From: a virus
Taxonomy: Duplodnaviria > Caudoviricetes
DNA: 46,102 bases
IMG/VR virus record: IMGVR_UViG_3300033475_000049
Coordinates: 1-46,102 of that record
Reading direction: 5' to 3' (one strand)
Below, in pieces: positions 7,827 through 17,402 of the stretch. The stretch's first letter is position 1, and every line of letters begins with the position of its first letter. Made by a program: the position numbers and the translations under genes. A model generated the notes under the pieces. That model had not been told where the DNA came from, did not search any database, and worked only from the letters and a program-made list of their open reading frames with translations.

Positions 7827-8276
7827 CTACTCGTCTTCAAAAAGATCAGAAACGTCTACATTTCCTGGATTAGACGCGGGTGCACCTGCGGCAACTGGCG
7901 CTTTCTCCTTGGAAGTTTTTGGAGCTTTTGGAGCCTTCACTGGTTTTGCAGCAACTACAGGAGTTTCTTCAACAGTATCTTCTGGAGCCTCATCTTCACC
8001 TTCATCACCATCTTCATCACCCGTAAGTGCCTGGATTGCTGAGCGGAGCTCCTTTTTATCATAGGTGATGACACCATCATTGGTCTTGCGGAGAGTCATA
8101 TAAAATGGCTGGCCTTCCACCAAGATGTCATGGCGTCCTGCAGCCAAAAGCATCATTGCGATGGGATATCGGCGTGTGGCATCAACAATTTTAACTTGCA
8201 ACTCTGGATCCGCTGGGTTCTCGAAAAATTCACGTGTTAATTTGCTTGCATCAGCGATGCTCAATGCTTGTGCCAT
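7827..8276 (-). CDS. hypothetical protein with acidic and Pro/Ala/Lys-rich tail
   Basis: 149 aa, own promoter and terminator; DEDGDEGEDE then AAKPVKAPKAPK. Confidence 0.8.
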   Translation of the reverse strand: MAQALSIADASKLTREFFENPADPELQVKIVDATRRYPIAMMLLAAGRHDILVEGQPFYMTLRKTNDGVITYDKKELRSAIQALTGDEDGDEGEDEAPEDTVEETPVVAAKPVKAPKAPKTSKEKAPVAAGAPASNPGNVDVSDLFEDE

Positions 8277-8360
8277 GATTGTTTTTTACCTTTCTTTTTT
8301 TTGTGCAACTTTTTAATGTATGTAATTTGTTTTTGATAATGTTATTCAACTTCTAATAAC

Positions 8361-8390
8361 ATTATACACCATTTTAGCGTATTTGTACAT
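8361..8390 (-). promoter_or_regulatory. phage promoter TGTACA-N17-TATAAT
   Basis: minus strand ATGTACAAATACGCTAAAATGGTGTATAAT. Confidence 0.75.
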
Positions 8391-8416
8391 ACTTTTTTAA
8401 TGAACTTTGAAAAAGG

Positions 8417-8842
8417 TTAACGACCTCGCTGAAACTCTTCCTCTTGAGGATAAGAGTAGTAATTCTGACCAGTAAATGGTGTTGGAGGAAACCCAATTCT
8501 GATCATTTCATCCTCAAAATCAGACTGTGGTCCTACTGAGATCTGCTTTAATTTATGCATGTAATCTTTATATTCTTCTGGTATATCAGATTCATCGTGC
8601 AGAATTGCCCATGTCAGAAGTTGATGAAATGGGATTAAGTCTTTTCGGTCAAATCGAATACCACCTGGTATCGGTACTGACAAAATTTGGTTCTCTTCAG
8701 TTCTACCGATTCTGAATTGTGTGAGAGTAAATGTATTATTTGATGCGAGGCTCAATACAAGGTGTCGGCTTCCACTGATTGCACCACGTACTATTCGCTT
8801 AAATTTTATCGTTGTAGATTCTCTATCATTTCGGTTAAACAT
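8417..8842 (-). CDS. hypothetical protein (possibly PC4/YdbC-like ssDNA-binding fold)
   Basis: beta-rich segment followed by GGIRF..KDL helix; weak resemblance only. Confidence 0.6.
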   Translation of the reverse strand: MFNRNDRESTTIKFKRIVRGAISGSRHLVLSLASNNTFTLTQFRIGRTEENQILSVPIPGGIRFDRKDLIPFHQLLTWAILHDESDIPEEYKDYMHKLKQISVGPQSDFEDEMIRIGFPPTPFTGQNYYSYPQEEEFQRGR

Positions 8843-8847
8843 TTATT

Positions 8848-9255
8848 TTATTCTCCTTCTTCGTTTTCGTTTTCATCTTCGTCTTCTTCGTTGGCAGTCA
8901 CAATCATTACTTTCAGGATGAGTAATGTACCCTTGAATTTCTTCTGTTGAGCAGGAGATACCTGCCAATCATCCAATGTAGATTGAAATGTTATAATGCC
9001 ATCGCCTTCTTTTTTCCCATTTAAATGAAGAAATCGGCAAGGACCAACGTTGATTTTTTCCTTCTCACCTCCTCCGTTATCAATGTAAACTGTCATCTCA
9101 AGAGGCGTTCTATTTGTGAGAGCGTATATATAAGCCAACGCGCCTTGCTCTGTTTCAGAGGCTTCGAACCTAAAATTTATTGAATCGTCTTTCTTGTCAT
9201 TCTTTCCTTCCCAAGTTGCGAAGAAAACGACTTTGCCTTCTTTAATTGTTGCCAC
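8848..9255 (-). CDS. hypothetical protein with acidic C-terminus
   Basis: 135 aa, GTG start with AGGAAG RBS. Confidence 0.7.
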   Translation of the reverse strand: MATIKEGKVVFFATWEGKNDKKDDSINFRFEASETEQGALAYIYALTNRTPLEMTVYIDNGGGEKEKINVGPCRFLHLNGKKEGDGIITFQSTLDDWQVSPAQQKKFKGTLLILKVMIVTANEEDEDENENEEGE

Positions 9256-9279
9256 TTTTTTCTTCCTTTTCTAGAATAT

Positions 9280-9308
9280 ATTATAATATATATTTTTGAT
9301 AATGTAAA
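9280..9308 (-). promoter_or_regulatory. promoter TTTACA-N17-TATAAT
   Basis: exact 17-nt spacing upstream of 9255. Confidence 0.6.
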
Positions 9309-9359
9309 TTGTGAAAATGTTACATTTTTTCATTGACAATTGTAAAAATTATCTTTGTT

Positions 9360-9707
9360 TTAACTTGCATCTATCGTATTGTTTTGTATCTCTCTTTGTT
9401 TTTCTAGTTCTAATATGATGTCATGAACATCTTCTTCTTTAAAACAAACTAATCGGGGGCCTTTTACGAAATTAATTACAAACACTGGGATTTTGTTGCT
9501 GATAATTGCGTTTTTTATGAGTATTAAGATGTCGAGAAGCTTTAGAGAATATGATTCTTTCTCTGTGGATTTTAACTGATAAAGAAAAATTGGTGACTCA
9601 CCATCTTCTTTAAACACATCTCCAGCACCAGAAAGAGGCTGAGGCCTTGCCCCTAAATTTCTCATTATCTTTTTCTCATCTTTTCTATGATCTTTTTGGC
9701 TTCTCAT
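9360..9707 (-). CDS. Hjc-like PD-(D/E)XK nuclease / resolvase
   Basis: E...GAR.QPLSGAG..KED...QLKST pattern. Confidence 0.7.
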   Translation of the reverse strand: MRSQKDHRKDEKKIMRNLGARPQPLSGAGDVFKEDGESPIFLYQLKSTEKESYSLKLLDILILIKNAIISNKIPVFVINFVKGPRLVCFKEEDVHDIILELEKQREIQNNTIDAS

Positions 9708-9766
9708 ATCTCTCCTTTCTCATTGATGTTATCGCTGCCGTGAGCGAGGCAGCGATAGTTTCTATT

Positions 9767-10333
9767 CTACTCTTCTTCTATGACTTTCACGTTTTTGATA
9801 AATGCGATGCCCATGCCAAATGCATCAGCCTCGTTGTCAGTTAATGCTGTTTTTCTCTTTGCTGCAATTTCTTTAGGTAAATTTGCTTGAGCCCATGTGA
9901 TAGTCTCTTTTTTCTTATCTTCTTTTGCAGCTTTAGAGATACCAATGCGCGCTTTCCATGCTCGCGTATCAACACTAACAACTGGTATATCATCAGGAAC
10001 AGAATCGATAATGGTAGCAATCAATTCTGAAAGGGCACTAATTGCATTTGTTGAGATGAAACCAGCACTGAATGTTCGCACTCTCTCAACGACAACAAGT
10101 TGAACTCCTTCATCTACAAGCATCTTTACTGCTTTTTGAATCAGTTGACGTTTGTGCTTCTTTTTGAGTTTAACTTTGTTTTTCACTTCGATGCTTCTGA
10201 AATTCAAACGAGTGAGTTTCACGATTTGACCTTTTTCGAATACAGCAATACCGCATTCTGTATACGATTGATCGATTGTCGCGAATTTCATCTCTGTTCT
10301 CGGTGATTTTACTTCGAATTCTCTTTTTATCAT
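9767..10333 (-). CDS. ruvC: RuvC-like Holliday junction resolvase
   Basis: TIDQS...GIAVF, VVVE, WK, DNEADA catalytic pattern. Confidence 0.75.
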   Translation of the reverse strand: MIKREFEVKSPRTEMKFATIDQSYTECGIAVFEKGQIVKLTRLNFRSIEVKNKVKLKKKHKRQLIQKAVKMLVDEGVQLVVVERVRTFSAGFISTNAISALSELIATIIDSVPDDIPVVSVDTRAWKARIGISKAAKEDKKKETITWAQANLPKEIAAKRKTALTDNEADAFGMGIAFIKNVKVIEEE

Positions 10334-11193
10334 ATCTCTCCTTTACCTTCGTGAATTAATGATGAGTTTATCTGTTCTCCATTTTCCGTTATATATCTGT
10401 ATTGTTCTCTTTCCTCCTTTTTAGTGAAGCAGACATGTCGCATAGGACAGTTAACTGCCCGTTCTGAATCTTTTGACTCACATACACGTTTTGGTGTTCC
10501 GATTCCTTGCTCATATGATACATGTAATTGAGCGAGGATGTTCATTCTATGAACATATGGGGCAACAAAATTAGGATCAAAATCAAAGCAAACTTCCCTA
10601 TGCTGCTGATTTGCTTTATTTTCAAGAAGCAACATCGCTCTTTTGTACCCTGTAAGGTACATGTACATCTGCGCTTGTTTAAATCCGTCTGGATGAACTC
10701 TTTTTGGATCATTCTCTTCTACAATTGCTTCATACGCTCTTGGACTCATACTTTTTATTTCTACGATCCAGAGATCTTCACCAGTTATTTCAGGAAATTT
10801 TGCAATAATGTCAGGTGTGTGGAATACACCAAACGCTGGGTTGTATCTTGTTTTTTCTATTTCAACAGCATATCCTGCCGATTGAAATAATCGCTGCCAT
10901 TTTAAATGAACATACCATCCTTCAAGGAATACTCTCAATGTCGAAACAGATGTTGTCGTATCATGCTGTTGAATAGGTTTATAGTTTTTAGAGAAAACGT
11001 GTTGACGATAACAAAGTTGATTTTTCTCTTTGACTTTAAATCCTTTTGTTAATTCAGAGAGGTGTATTCCGAAGCGTTCTGCTTTTTCCTTGTCCCATAA
11101 TACGAAGGTGCCATCTAGCAGTTTATTCACTCTTATGTCTAGCGTGTTACCGTTCTGCATTGCCATCATCATTTGGTCGATTGTTGTTGACAT
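10330..11193 (-). CDS. Cas4-like/RecB-family PD-(D/E)XK exonuclease
   Basis: CYRQ, H..WQ, TPD, VEIKS, QAQMYM and three C-terminal Cys (Fe-S staple pattern). Confidence 0.82.
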   Translation of the reverse strand: MSTTIDQMMMAMQNGNTLDIRVNKLLDGTFVLWDKEKAERFGIHLSELTKGFKVKEKNQLCYRQHVFSKNYKPIQQHDTTTSVSTLRVFLEGWYVHLKWQRLFQSAGYAVEIEKTRYNPAFGVFHTPDIIAKFPEITGEDLWIVEIKSMSPRAYEAIVEENDPKRVHPDGFKQAQMYMYLTGYKRAMLLLENKANQQHREVCFDFDPNFVAPYVHRMNILAQLHVSYEQGIGTPKRVCESKDSERAVNCPMRHVCFTKKEEREQYRYITENGEQINSSLIHEGKGEI

Positions 11194-11230
11194 TCGAATA
11201 TCCCTTTCACTTTTAGTATTACTTCAAGAG

Positions 11231-11301
11231 TGACCGCAGGTGACTTTTTCCTCTTGAAATAATTATATACTATTTCTTGATAAAAAAGTCACCTGCGGTC
11301 A
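11231..11301. repeat. perfect 19-bp inverted repeat enclosing a TATAAT box
   Basis: TGACCGCAGGTGACTTTTT (11231-11249) / AAAAAGTCACCTGCGGTCA (11283-11301). Confidence 0.85.
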
Positions 11302-11319
11302 TCAACTATTCGGTTTTAG

Positions 11320-11589
11320 TTATGAATATTTTTTTAATTCGAATTGTATACTTCCACTAGATGTTGAGATTACAATATACATTGTTATCACGGCGTTCAG
11401 AGAAAAGAAATTCATAAAATCTACATCAGCCAGTGTTTTATCACCAAAAGACAAAGAAATACACTCTCCATCTTCATAAACAGGAATCGTGATATAATTC
11501 TCTTTTAACTGGTTTATGATTTTTCCCTTGTCTTCTTGTGTTATTGGCTTAAATTTAACCTTTAATTCATTGGAAGTTGTTTTGATCAT
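11320..11589 (-). CDS. hypothetical protein
   Basis: 89 aa ORF abutting recA stop. Confidence 0.65.
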   Translation of the reverse strand: MIKTTSNELKVKFKPITQEDKGKIINQLKENYITIPVYEDGECISLSFGDKTLADVDFMNFFSLNAVITMYIVISTSSGSIQFELKKYS

Positions 11590-12525
11590 TTATTCTTCTT
11601 CACCTTCTGAATATCCTGCTATTTGTTTTAAATTGTTTTTATTCGCTTCAATGTATCTTTTTCTCGCAGCCTTTGCTTCTGCAGTCATATTTTCATGTGA
11701 TACAAATTTCCCTTCATCGAATATAAAGGGTGCTTCTGCTTCCTGATACGGAGATGCCGATCTATTTTTTATTCCTGTATTGAATCTAACAATCATTCCG
11801 ACTTGCTGACCTGCAACTCTAATGGCTTCTTTTCTTTTTACACTTAAAATCACATGACAAGCATGTCGTAATGCTCTACCGCCAGGAGTGTGCGTTTGTG
11901 GCCCGAAAGCCATTGCGTTCATATTGTCTCGCTCCTGATTGATGAACAATACAGTAGAGCCATAGTCATCACAGAGATTATTCAAACCGAAGATTTTTCT
12001 TGATAGTAAACCAGCAGTCATAGAAATGCCGGCTGTTTTTTCAGTATTGCTTTCTAGCTCAAATTCTTTTTTAGGAACTAATGCGGCAACTGAATCAACA
12101 ACAATAAATGGAACACCCTCTTTTGCAAATTTCATCGCTGCTGACAGCGCTTGCTCTCCTGTTTCTGGATTGACAACGATCAATTTTGATGAATCGATGC
12201 CGAATTGCTTTGCTCTATCTTCTGTCAGAGCTCGTTCTGCATTAACATAAACTGCTAAAGGATTTTGTTTCAAGTATTGTGATAGCATATGAAACGCGAA
12301 TGATGTCTTGCCAGCACCTTCAGGACCATAAATCATTGTAACTTTGCCGATGGGCATTCCGCCGCCAAGAATTTTATCCAGATCAGGTATTCCTGTTGAC
12401 ATAAATTCGACAGGAGGAAGATTTTTAGCGAGAATAACTGTATCCTCGCCATATTCTTTGTTAATCTCTGATATAGCATTTTTGATGCTCGCGAGATCCA
12501 TTCCCTTTCTTTTCTTTGTTGCCAT
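11590..12525 (-). CDS. recA: RecA/UvsX-like recombinase
   Basis: STGI..LD..LGGG.P.G, GPEGAGKT, IVVDSVAALVPK.E, FINQ.R, TPGGRAL. Confidence 0.95.
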   Translation of the reverse strand: MATKKRKGMDLASIKNAISEINKEYGEDTVILAKNLPPVEFMSTGIPDLDKILGGGMPIGKVTMIYGPEGAGKTSFAFHMLSQYLKQNPLAVYVNAERALTEDRAKQFGIDSSKLIVVNPETGEQALSAAMKFAKEGVPFIVVDSVAALVPKKEFELESNTEKTAGISMTAGLLSRKIFGLNNLCDDYGSTVLFINQERDNMNAMAFGPQTHTPGGRALRHACHVILSVKRKEAIRVAGQQVGMIVRFNTGIKNRSASPYQEAEAPFIFDEGKFVSHENMTAEAKAARKRYIEANKNNLKQIAGYSEGEEE

Positions 12526-12526
12526 A

Positions 12527-15238
12527 CTATCTGCTCCTTATCGTTCTTGAGAGCAACGTGCTGTTGTACTCTATAGTACGTTGCTTTACGATATTAAAAT
12601 CAAATTCGAGTGCTCCAGCACCTTCTAATGCTGTTAATACTCGAGAAGTTACTGTTGTACGTTTTCCTTTCGCTTTTGTCATCATTCTTTTTGTAAAATC
12701 TTGTCTCGATTCAAATGGACCGTTCTTTTTATTTTCTATTTCAATATCTCTTGCAGCAACGCCACCGACATTTGGAATTGTCAATAGGCCTGATCTGATA
12801 GCTTTCTCACCAAAAACATCATAGATGTGATAATTTACCTCACCATTTACATGAGGCAAAAAAATTGGCAATCTATTAAGAACTGAATCTGCCTCAAGAT
12901 CTTTGATACTCTTCTTCATAATATTATTTCTCAGACTATGAAGAAAGAATATTTCTTTATGATTCACTTTTAACCACATCATCCAGTATGACAAAACGGC
13001 ATATGCAACAGAGTGACCCGCATTAAACGTATAACTGGTCAAATTATGAAACAACTCAATGGCCGTATTTTTATCGATACCTGATACCTTCTTTGCACCC
13101 TCGACAAATTGAATTGTCAATGGGTGATCTGCAGGGAGAGCAACAAGATTTTTCATGACTTTACTTGCGTCTCCCCAAGACATTCCTGCAAGCCCTCGGC
13201 AGGCTTGCATTATTTGTTCTTGATATAAGAGAGCACCATGAGTTCGTTGACAATATGGATACAGAAGTGATTTTGTATCAAGGTCACCTGCTTTTCCTCG
13301 TTCGTATACGTCAACTTGATCCATCTGAAGAGCACCTGGTCGATCAAGTGATGTGGCGTCTGATAACTCAAAGATGCTTGTTGGCTGAACACGGCGTAAG
13401 ATTTCTATACCGCCATACGAGTCAAATTGGAATATACCCTTTACGTTTAAATTTCTGTATGATTCGAATGTCTTTTGATCATCTAAAGGGATATCTGTTG
13501 GCTTAATTCCTAGGATATCGCAGCATTCTTTCACTGTATCGATTGCGTCCACCCTAAGAACATCGATCTTTACCACGTTCATATGAATAAGAGAATCCAT
13601 ATCATATTGGGTATTGATCTTACGGTCGCCTTCTTTACCTCTTACGAATAATGGTACATAATCATCAATTGCTCCTGGCGTAATAGCAACTCCAGAAGCA
13701 TGCTGGCCAAAAGCTTTAGGATTTCCCCAAATCTTACAGAAGTGGCTAATAATACCATATTTATCGTTAATAGCTTTTGCTCGTTTGTTGTAGATGATTT
13801 TACTAAGAATTGGTTCATTTTCTTTGAAGCCCATAACTCCCATGACTTTCTTTAAGTAATCAAGATCATCATCTGGAACATTAAGAGCTTTTGCAAGGTC
13901 ATTTAAGAGGTTATCACCTTTGTAATAGAGAACGTTTGCAATTTGAGCGACTTGACCCTGATATTTTTGCATAAGGTACTCTACAACGAGACCGTATTTT
14001 TTTGCTGAGAAGTCAATATCAAAGTCAGGAATCGTCTTGCGCTCTTCCGTCATGAAGCGTTCAAACATCAAATCGAAGTAGATCGGATCGATCTTTGTAA
14101 TCCCAAGTGCATAGGCGATCAAAGAAGCAACACCAGATCCTCTGCCTGGTCCTACGACGACATCATTTCTATTTGCAAATTCGATCATGTCTCCTACCAT
14201 CAGGTAGTAATCAGCTTTGCCCTTTTTGATGCTGATAACTCGCATCTCTTCCATAGCTCTTGCAATATATGGTTCTTTCCAGAGGCCCATGGCTTCAAGA
14301 CCTTTTTTTGCTTTGATGGCAAGAGCTTTTTCTGCGCTAATTCGTTCTCCTTTTTTATTATAACCAATGAATTCGGGAACCTTCTCTTCGAAGACTAATT
14401 GATAGCTTTCAAATGTATCGGCAATTTGCTGTGATGCTTCTACATATTTAGAACCATCTGTCCCCATGAGTGATTTCCATCTGGCATTCATTTCATCGCC
14501 ATCAGAGATGTAGAGGTATTGATACTGCTTTCTGATGTTTCCTATCTGAATGTCATCGACATTTCTGCCCATCTGTCTAAAGAGAAGATATGTATCCAAA
14601 TCTCCTGGATCAGAATAATGGCTGTCGTTTGTCATAACAGCAGGTCGTTTATATTTCTGTGATAATTTAATAAGTCCTTCATTTGCCTTCTTTTGATCAT
14701 CAAAATCCTGAGGTTGAACTTCAAAGTAGAAGTTGTCGCCATAGATTTCTAGAAACTTATCCGTCATTCTGAGCGCTTCATCCCACTTATTCTGAATGAT
14801 CATCTGTGGGATCTCGCCAAGAACGCAACCAGAAAAGCAAACAACGCCTTCATTAAATCGCTCTAAGATATCAAAATCAGCGATCGGCTTCATATAGAAG
14901 TTATTGAGATTTGCCGATGTCATGATCTTACACAGATTTGCATATCCAGAAAGATTTTTCGCTACGAGCGTTAGATGCCGGCGCTCAGGCAGGAACTCTT
15001 TTCCTGCCTTGAACTCTCTCATGAAGTATGCTTCTACACCATTAATTGGAATAATTCCAGCTTTGTGACATTCTGAAGTGTGTTGCTCGTTCATACACAT
15101 CGTCCCATGATCTGTGATCGCAAGATGTGTCATGCCAAGAGATTTTGCTCTTCGAATGCTTTTCACAGGTGCACCAAAACCATCGTACAAAGATCCGCCT
15201 GTGTGTGTATGAAAAGGCACAAATCTTAATTTTGACAT
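12527..15238 (-). CDS. dnaE: DNA polymerase III alpha (family C), PHP + catalytic + HhH, no C-terminal OB/tau domain
   Basis: HTHT, AITDHG, TNDSHY, GPGRGSG, FERF, PDFDIDF, HASGV, KIDVL, YQEQIM, FNAGHSVAY. Confidence 0.95.
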   Translation of the reverse strand: MSKLRFVPFHTHTGGSLYDGFGAPVKSIRRAKSLGMTHLAITDHGTMCMNEQHTSECHKAGIIPINGVEAYFMREFKAGKEFLPERRHLTLVAKNLSGYANLCKIMTSANLNNFYMKPIADFDILERFNEGVVCFSGCVLGEIPQMIIQNKWDEALRMTDKFLEIYGDNFYFEVQPQDFDDQKKANEGLIKLSQKYKRPAVMTNDSHYSDPGDLDTYLLFRQMGRNVDDIQIGNIRKQYQYLYISDGDEMNARWKSLMGTDGSKYVEASQQIADTFESYQLVFEEKVPEFIGYNKKGERISAEKALAIKAKKGLEAMGLWKEPYIARAMEEMRVISIKKGKADYYLMVGDMIEFANRNDVVVGPGRGSGVASLIAYALGITKIDPIYFDLMFERFMTEERKTIPDFDIDFSAKKYGLVVEYLMQKYQGQVAQIANVLYYKGDNLLNDLAKALNVPDDDLDYLKKVMGVMGFKENEPILSKIIYNKRAKAINDKYGIISHFCKIWGNPKAFGQHASGVAITPGAIDDYVPLFVRGKEGDRKINTQYDMDSLIHMNVVKIDVLRVDAIDTVKECCDILGIKPTDIPLDDQKTFESYRNLNVKGIFQFDSYGGIEILRRVQPTSIFELSDATSLDRPGALQMDQVDVYERGKAGDLDTKSLLYPYCQRTHGALLYQEQIMQACRGLAGMSWGDASKVMKNLVALPADHPLTIQFVEGAKKVSGIDKNTAIELFHNLTSYTFNAGHSVAYAVLSYWMMWLKVNHKEIFFLHSLRNNIMKKSIKDLEADSVLNRLPIFLPHVNGEVNYHIYDVFGEKAIRSGLLTIPNVGGVAARDIEIENKKNGPFESRQDFTKRMMTKAKGKRTTVTSRVLTALEGAGALEFDFNIVKQRTIEYNSTLLSRTIRSR

Positions 15239-15239
15239 T

Positions 15240-16121
15240 TTACATTTCCTCCAAGAATGGCGCTGCCCACTGCATAAATGAAGGGAGAGATTTTCTTTCT
15301 ATGTGTCTCTTTTTCATTTCAAATTGCTGAACGATGAAACCAATATCACTGTGCTTTTCCAAGATGCTGATATCGTCTATGTATCTGAGATACTTTATGA
15401 TATCAGCAAGATCCATCATATCTTTTACTCTTTGAGTAACAGTGAATTCCTTTGGATCTAATGTTTCTACAACAGAGAGCATCTTCTCATGTCTTTTTGT
15501 ATAAACATGCATTGATGTTGCACGATGAACATATGAGCCTAAATCTACGTCTAGCTCATTAGAGATTATTTCTTGTAACATCGTGAATTGAAAAAGATCG
15601 TAAGGAAGACCCCAATAAAGATCGTTAGATCGCATTGTCGTATAGAGATCTAACTTTCCTTTTCTAATGAGGAATTGAAGGGCAATTGTGCATGGTGTAT
15701 CTTTTGTAGCGACCTTCAAATCGCTTGCAGAGTAAATCTGAAGCACAGCCTGACGACTAGATGGATCTTTCTTTAGCTTATTGACAATTTCAGAAATGTT
15801 TTGTGCGATACGATGGCCATACATTCCGTGTAGAATTATGCCATCGTCACTGAAATTCATCAACCTTTTGTTGAAGTATGCAAGGTATCTTACTGCGTTT
15901 GTGCTATCGAATAACATCGTCGATTCTGCACAAGCAAAAGGCAATGAAAAATGCCTATCTGGATGATATCCCAATCTACTCATTGGATTTGTCAGTACAA
16001 GAGAGACGTTTGTTAATTCGAGTGTATCTTCACCCTTCGGTGAAACTAATTCACCTTGAGAAAGAAGTCTACGTCTCAGCTCAGCATAAAGGTCTGCAAA
16101 GGAGTTCTCAACGATTTCCAT
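15240..16121 (-). CDS. thymidylate-synthase-fold enzyme with dCMP-type specificity residue (dCMP hydroxymethylase/hydroxylase/methylase-like)
   Basis: SRQA, PCT catalytic Cys, MRSNDLYWGLPYD with Asp where ThyA has Asn177, SMHVY. Confidence 0.85.
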   Translation of the reverse strand: MEIVENSFADLYAELRRRLLSQGELVSPKGEDTLELTNVSLVLTNPMSRLGYHPDRHFSLPFACAESTMLFDSTNAVRYLAYFNKRLMNFSDDGIILHGMYGHRIAQNISEIVNKLKKDPSSRQAVLQIYSASDLKVATKDTPCTIALQFLIRKGKLDLYTTMRSNDLYWGLPYDLFQFTMLQEIISNELDVDLGSYVHRATSMHVYTKRHEKMLSVVETLDPKEFTVTQRVKDMMDLADIIKYLRYIDDISILEKHSDIGFIVQQFEMKKRHIERKSLPSFMQWAAPFLEEM

Positions 16122-16123
16122 TT

Positions 16124-17251
16124 CTATTTTCCTTTCACAATTTGTTCTATTTTCCTCACGAAGTAATGAGGGCTGTGTATCTGAACATTTTGGATCAATT
16201 TTCTACGAATTGCCGTGCGCTCCTGAGAAAAAAGCTTATTTTCTTTAATCGCAGACAGCATATCATACTCGTCATCAATCACGAGATTTTTAGGAACATA
16301 TGTGATCGGTGATTTGAAGTCTGAAGGAAGTAGAGGAATTGATCCGAATAAGAGTGTTTCTATGATGCGAACTGTCATGAAACCGTGCTCGTTGTATTCA
16401 TCTTTGAGTATCAATGGTGTTGCTACAGAATTTTTGTAGAGAGTGTGAAATTCTTTTGGCTGAGCACGATGATGGAATCGAATGTGTGGCCAACGAATTT
16501 TGCTATCTTTTTCTCCTTCTAGCCAGTTACCGTAAATGTCGTAGAATATCTTCTCTCTGCCTGATGTACCGTATCCTGTGCCAAAGAATTTCTGAAATGC
16601 ATCATCTCGATCATAACGATTTCCGACATAGACAATCTTACGCTCTGGTTGTTCTTGTTGAAACTGATTGAGCTCTGTGACGTCAAAAGGAATATCATAA
16701 TGATGCTCTTCTCCTCGTTTGAAACCAAGTTCTAAAACATAGTCTACACGAGCATCATCTTCTGGTGTCATCTTATAATCAAGATCTAGTGCTATGATCG
16801 GCACGCCTTTTCGAGAATAATGGTCTATCAACATATCTTGAATCATTAGATCTGGATCAAAATCAGGATCAGACATCGGAAGGACATTTCGCTTTGTTTG
16901 CATTCGCCATTCTAGAAGAACTATGTCGACATCTGGCAAGTCTACTTCGATACTGTTATCGCCGAATGTATATTGTGTGTCAATAAAATTTTTGTATGCT
17001 CGATATCGTTTTTCTTGAGAGAATGATTTAAACGCTTCTTTTTCAGAAGTATTCATTTTTGCTAGATGATCGAGAAATGGTTTATCACGATTTGGGAATA
17101 ATTTATGAACTTGGTAGTCATTATTAAGAAACTCATTAACGATGCTGAATACGTGTAATGAAGATCCATCTGGAGAACTGACCTGAGCACCATTCTTCCA
17201 ACGCTCATCGGCCATAAATCCATAAAAGCCATAGCCAATTCTTGTTTTCAT
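16124..17251 (-). CDS. GT-B glycosyltransferase, T4 beta-glucosyltransferase-like
   Basis: IVYVGN...R, DIYGNW, GFMTVRIIETLLFGSIPL (cf. T4 BGT FITLRVWETMAS); adjacent to TS-fold gene. Confidence 0.75.
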   Translation of the reverse strand: MKTRIGYGFYGFMADERWKNGAQVSSPDGSSLHVFSIVNEFLNNDYQVHKLFPNRDKPFLDHLAKMNTSEKEAFKSFSQEKRYRAYKNFIDTQYTFGDNSIEVDLPDVDIVLLEWRMQTKRNVLPMSDPDFDPDLMIQDMLIDHYSRKGVPIIALDLDYKMTPEDDARVDYVLELGFKRGEEHHYDIPFDVTELNQFQQEQPERKIVYVGNRYDRDDAFQKFFGTGYGTSGREKIFYDIYGNWLEGEKDSKIRWPHIRFHHRAQPKEFHTLYKNSVATPLILKDEYNEHGFMTVRIIETLLFGSIPLLPSDFKSPITYVPKNLVIDDEYDMLSAIKENKLFSQERTAIRRKLIQNVQIHSPHYFVRKIEQIVKGK

Positions 17252-17311
17252 TTCATTTCGCTTTCTATTGCTTTAATGATCACTTCAAAATTGAGTCAGG
17301 GATAAAATACT

Positions 17312-17399
17312 GATCACCTGGGTGACATTTGGGGACCTCTTTGACCTCTAGATGTATATTTATATAGCTCATAATTAAAGTCCCCAAATGGCATCTGGT
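17312..17399. repeat. dispersed palindromic element, copy 3
   Basis: CATTTGGGGAC (17326-17336) / GTCCCCAAATG (17380-17390) around core GATGTATATTTATATA (17351-17366). Confidence 0.75.
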
Positions 17400-17402
17400 T
17401 AA

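Noticed and set aside
10330-11193. Cas4-like gene as part of a CRISPR-Cas system
   Set aside because: No cas1/cas2 or array; solo Cas4-like nucleases beside recA are common in phages
11590-15238. Inteins or introns in recA/dnaE
   Set aside because: Lengths are normal or short; no intein motifs or frame breaks seen
15240-16121. Canonical thyA
   Set aside because: Asp at the Asn177-equivalent position, PCT motif and GT neighbour indicate a dCMP-modifying enzyme
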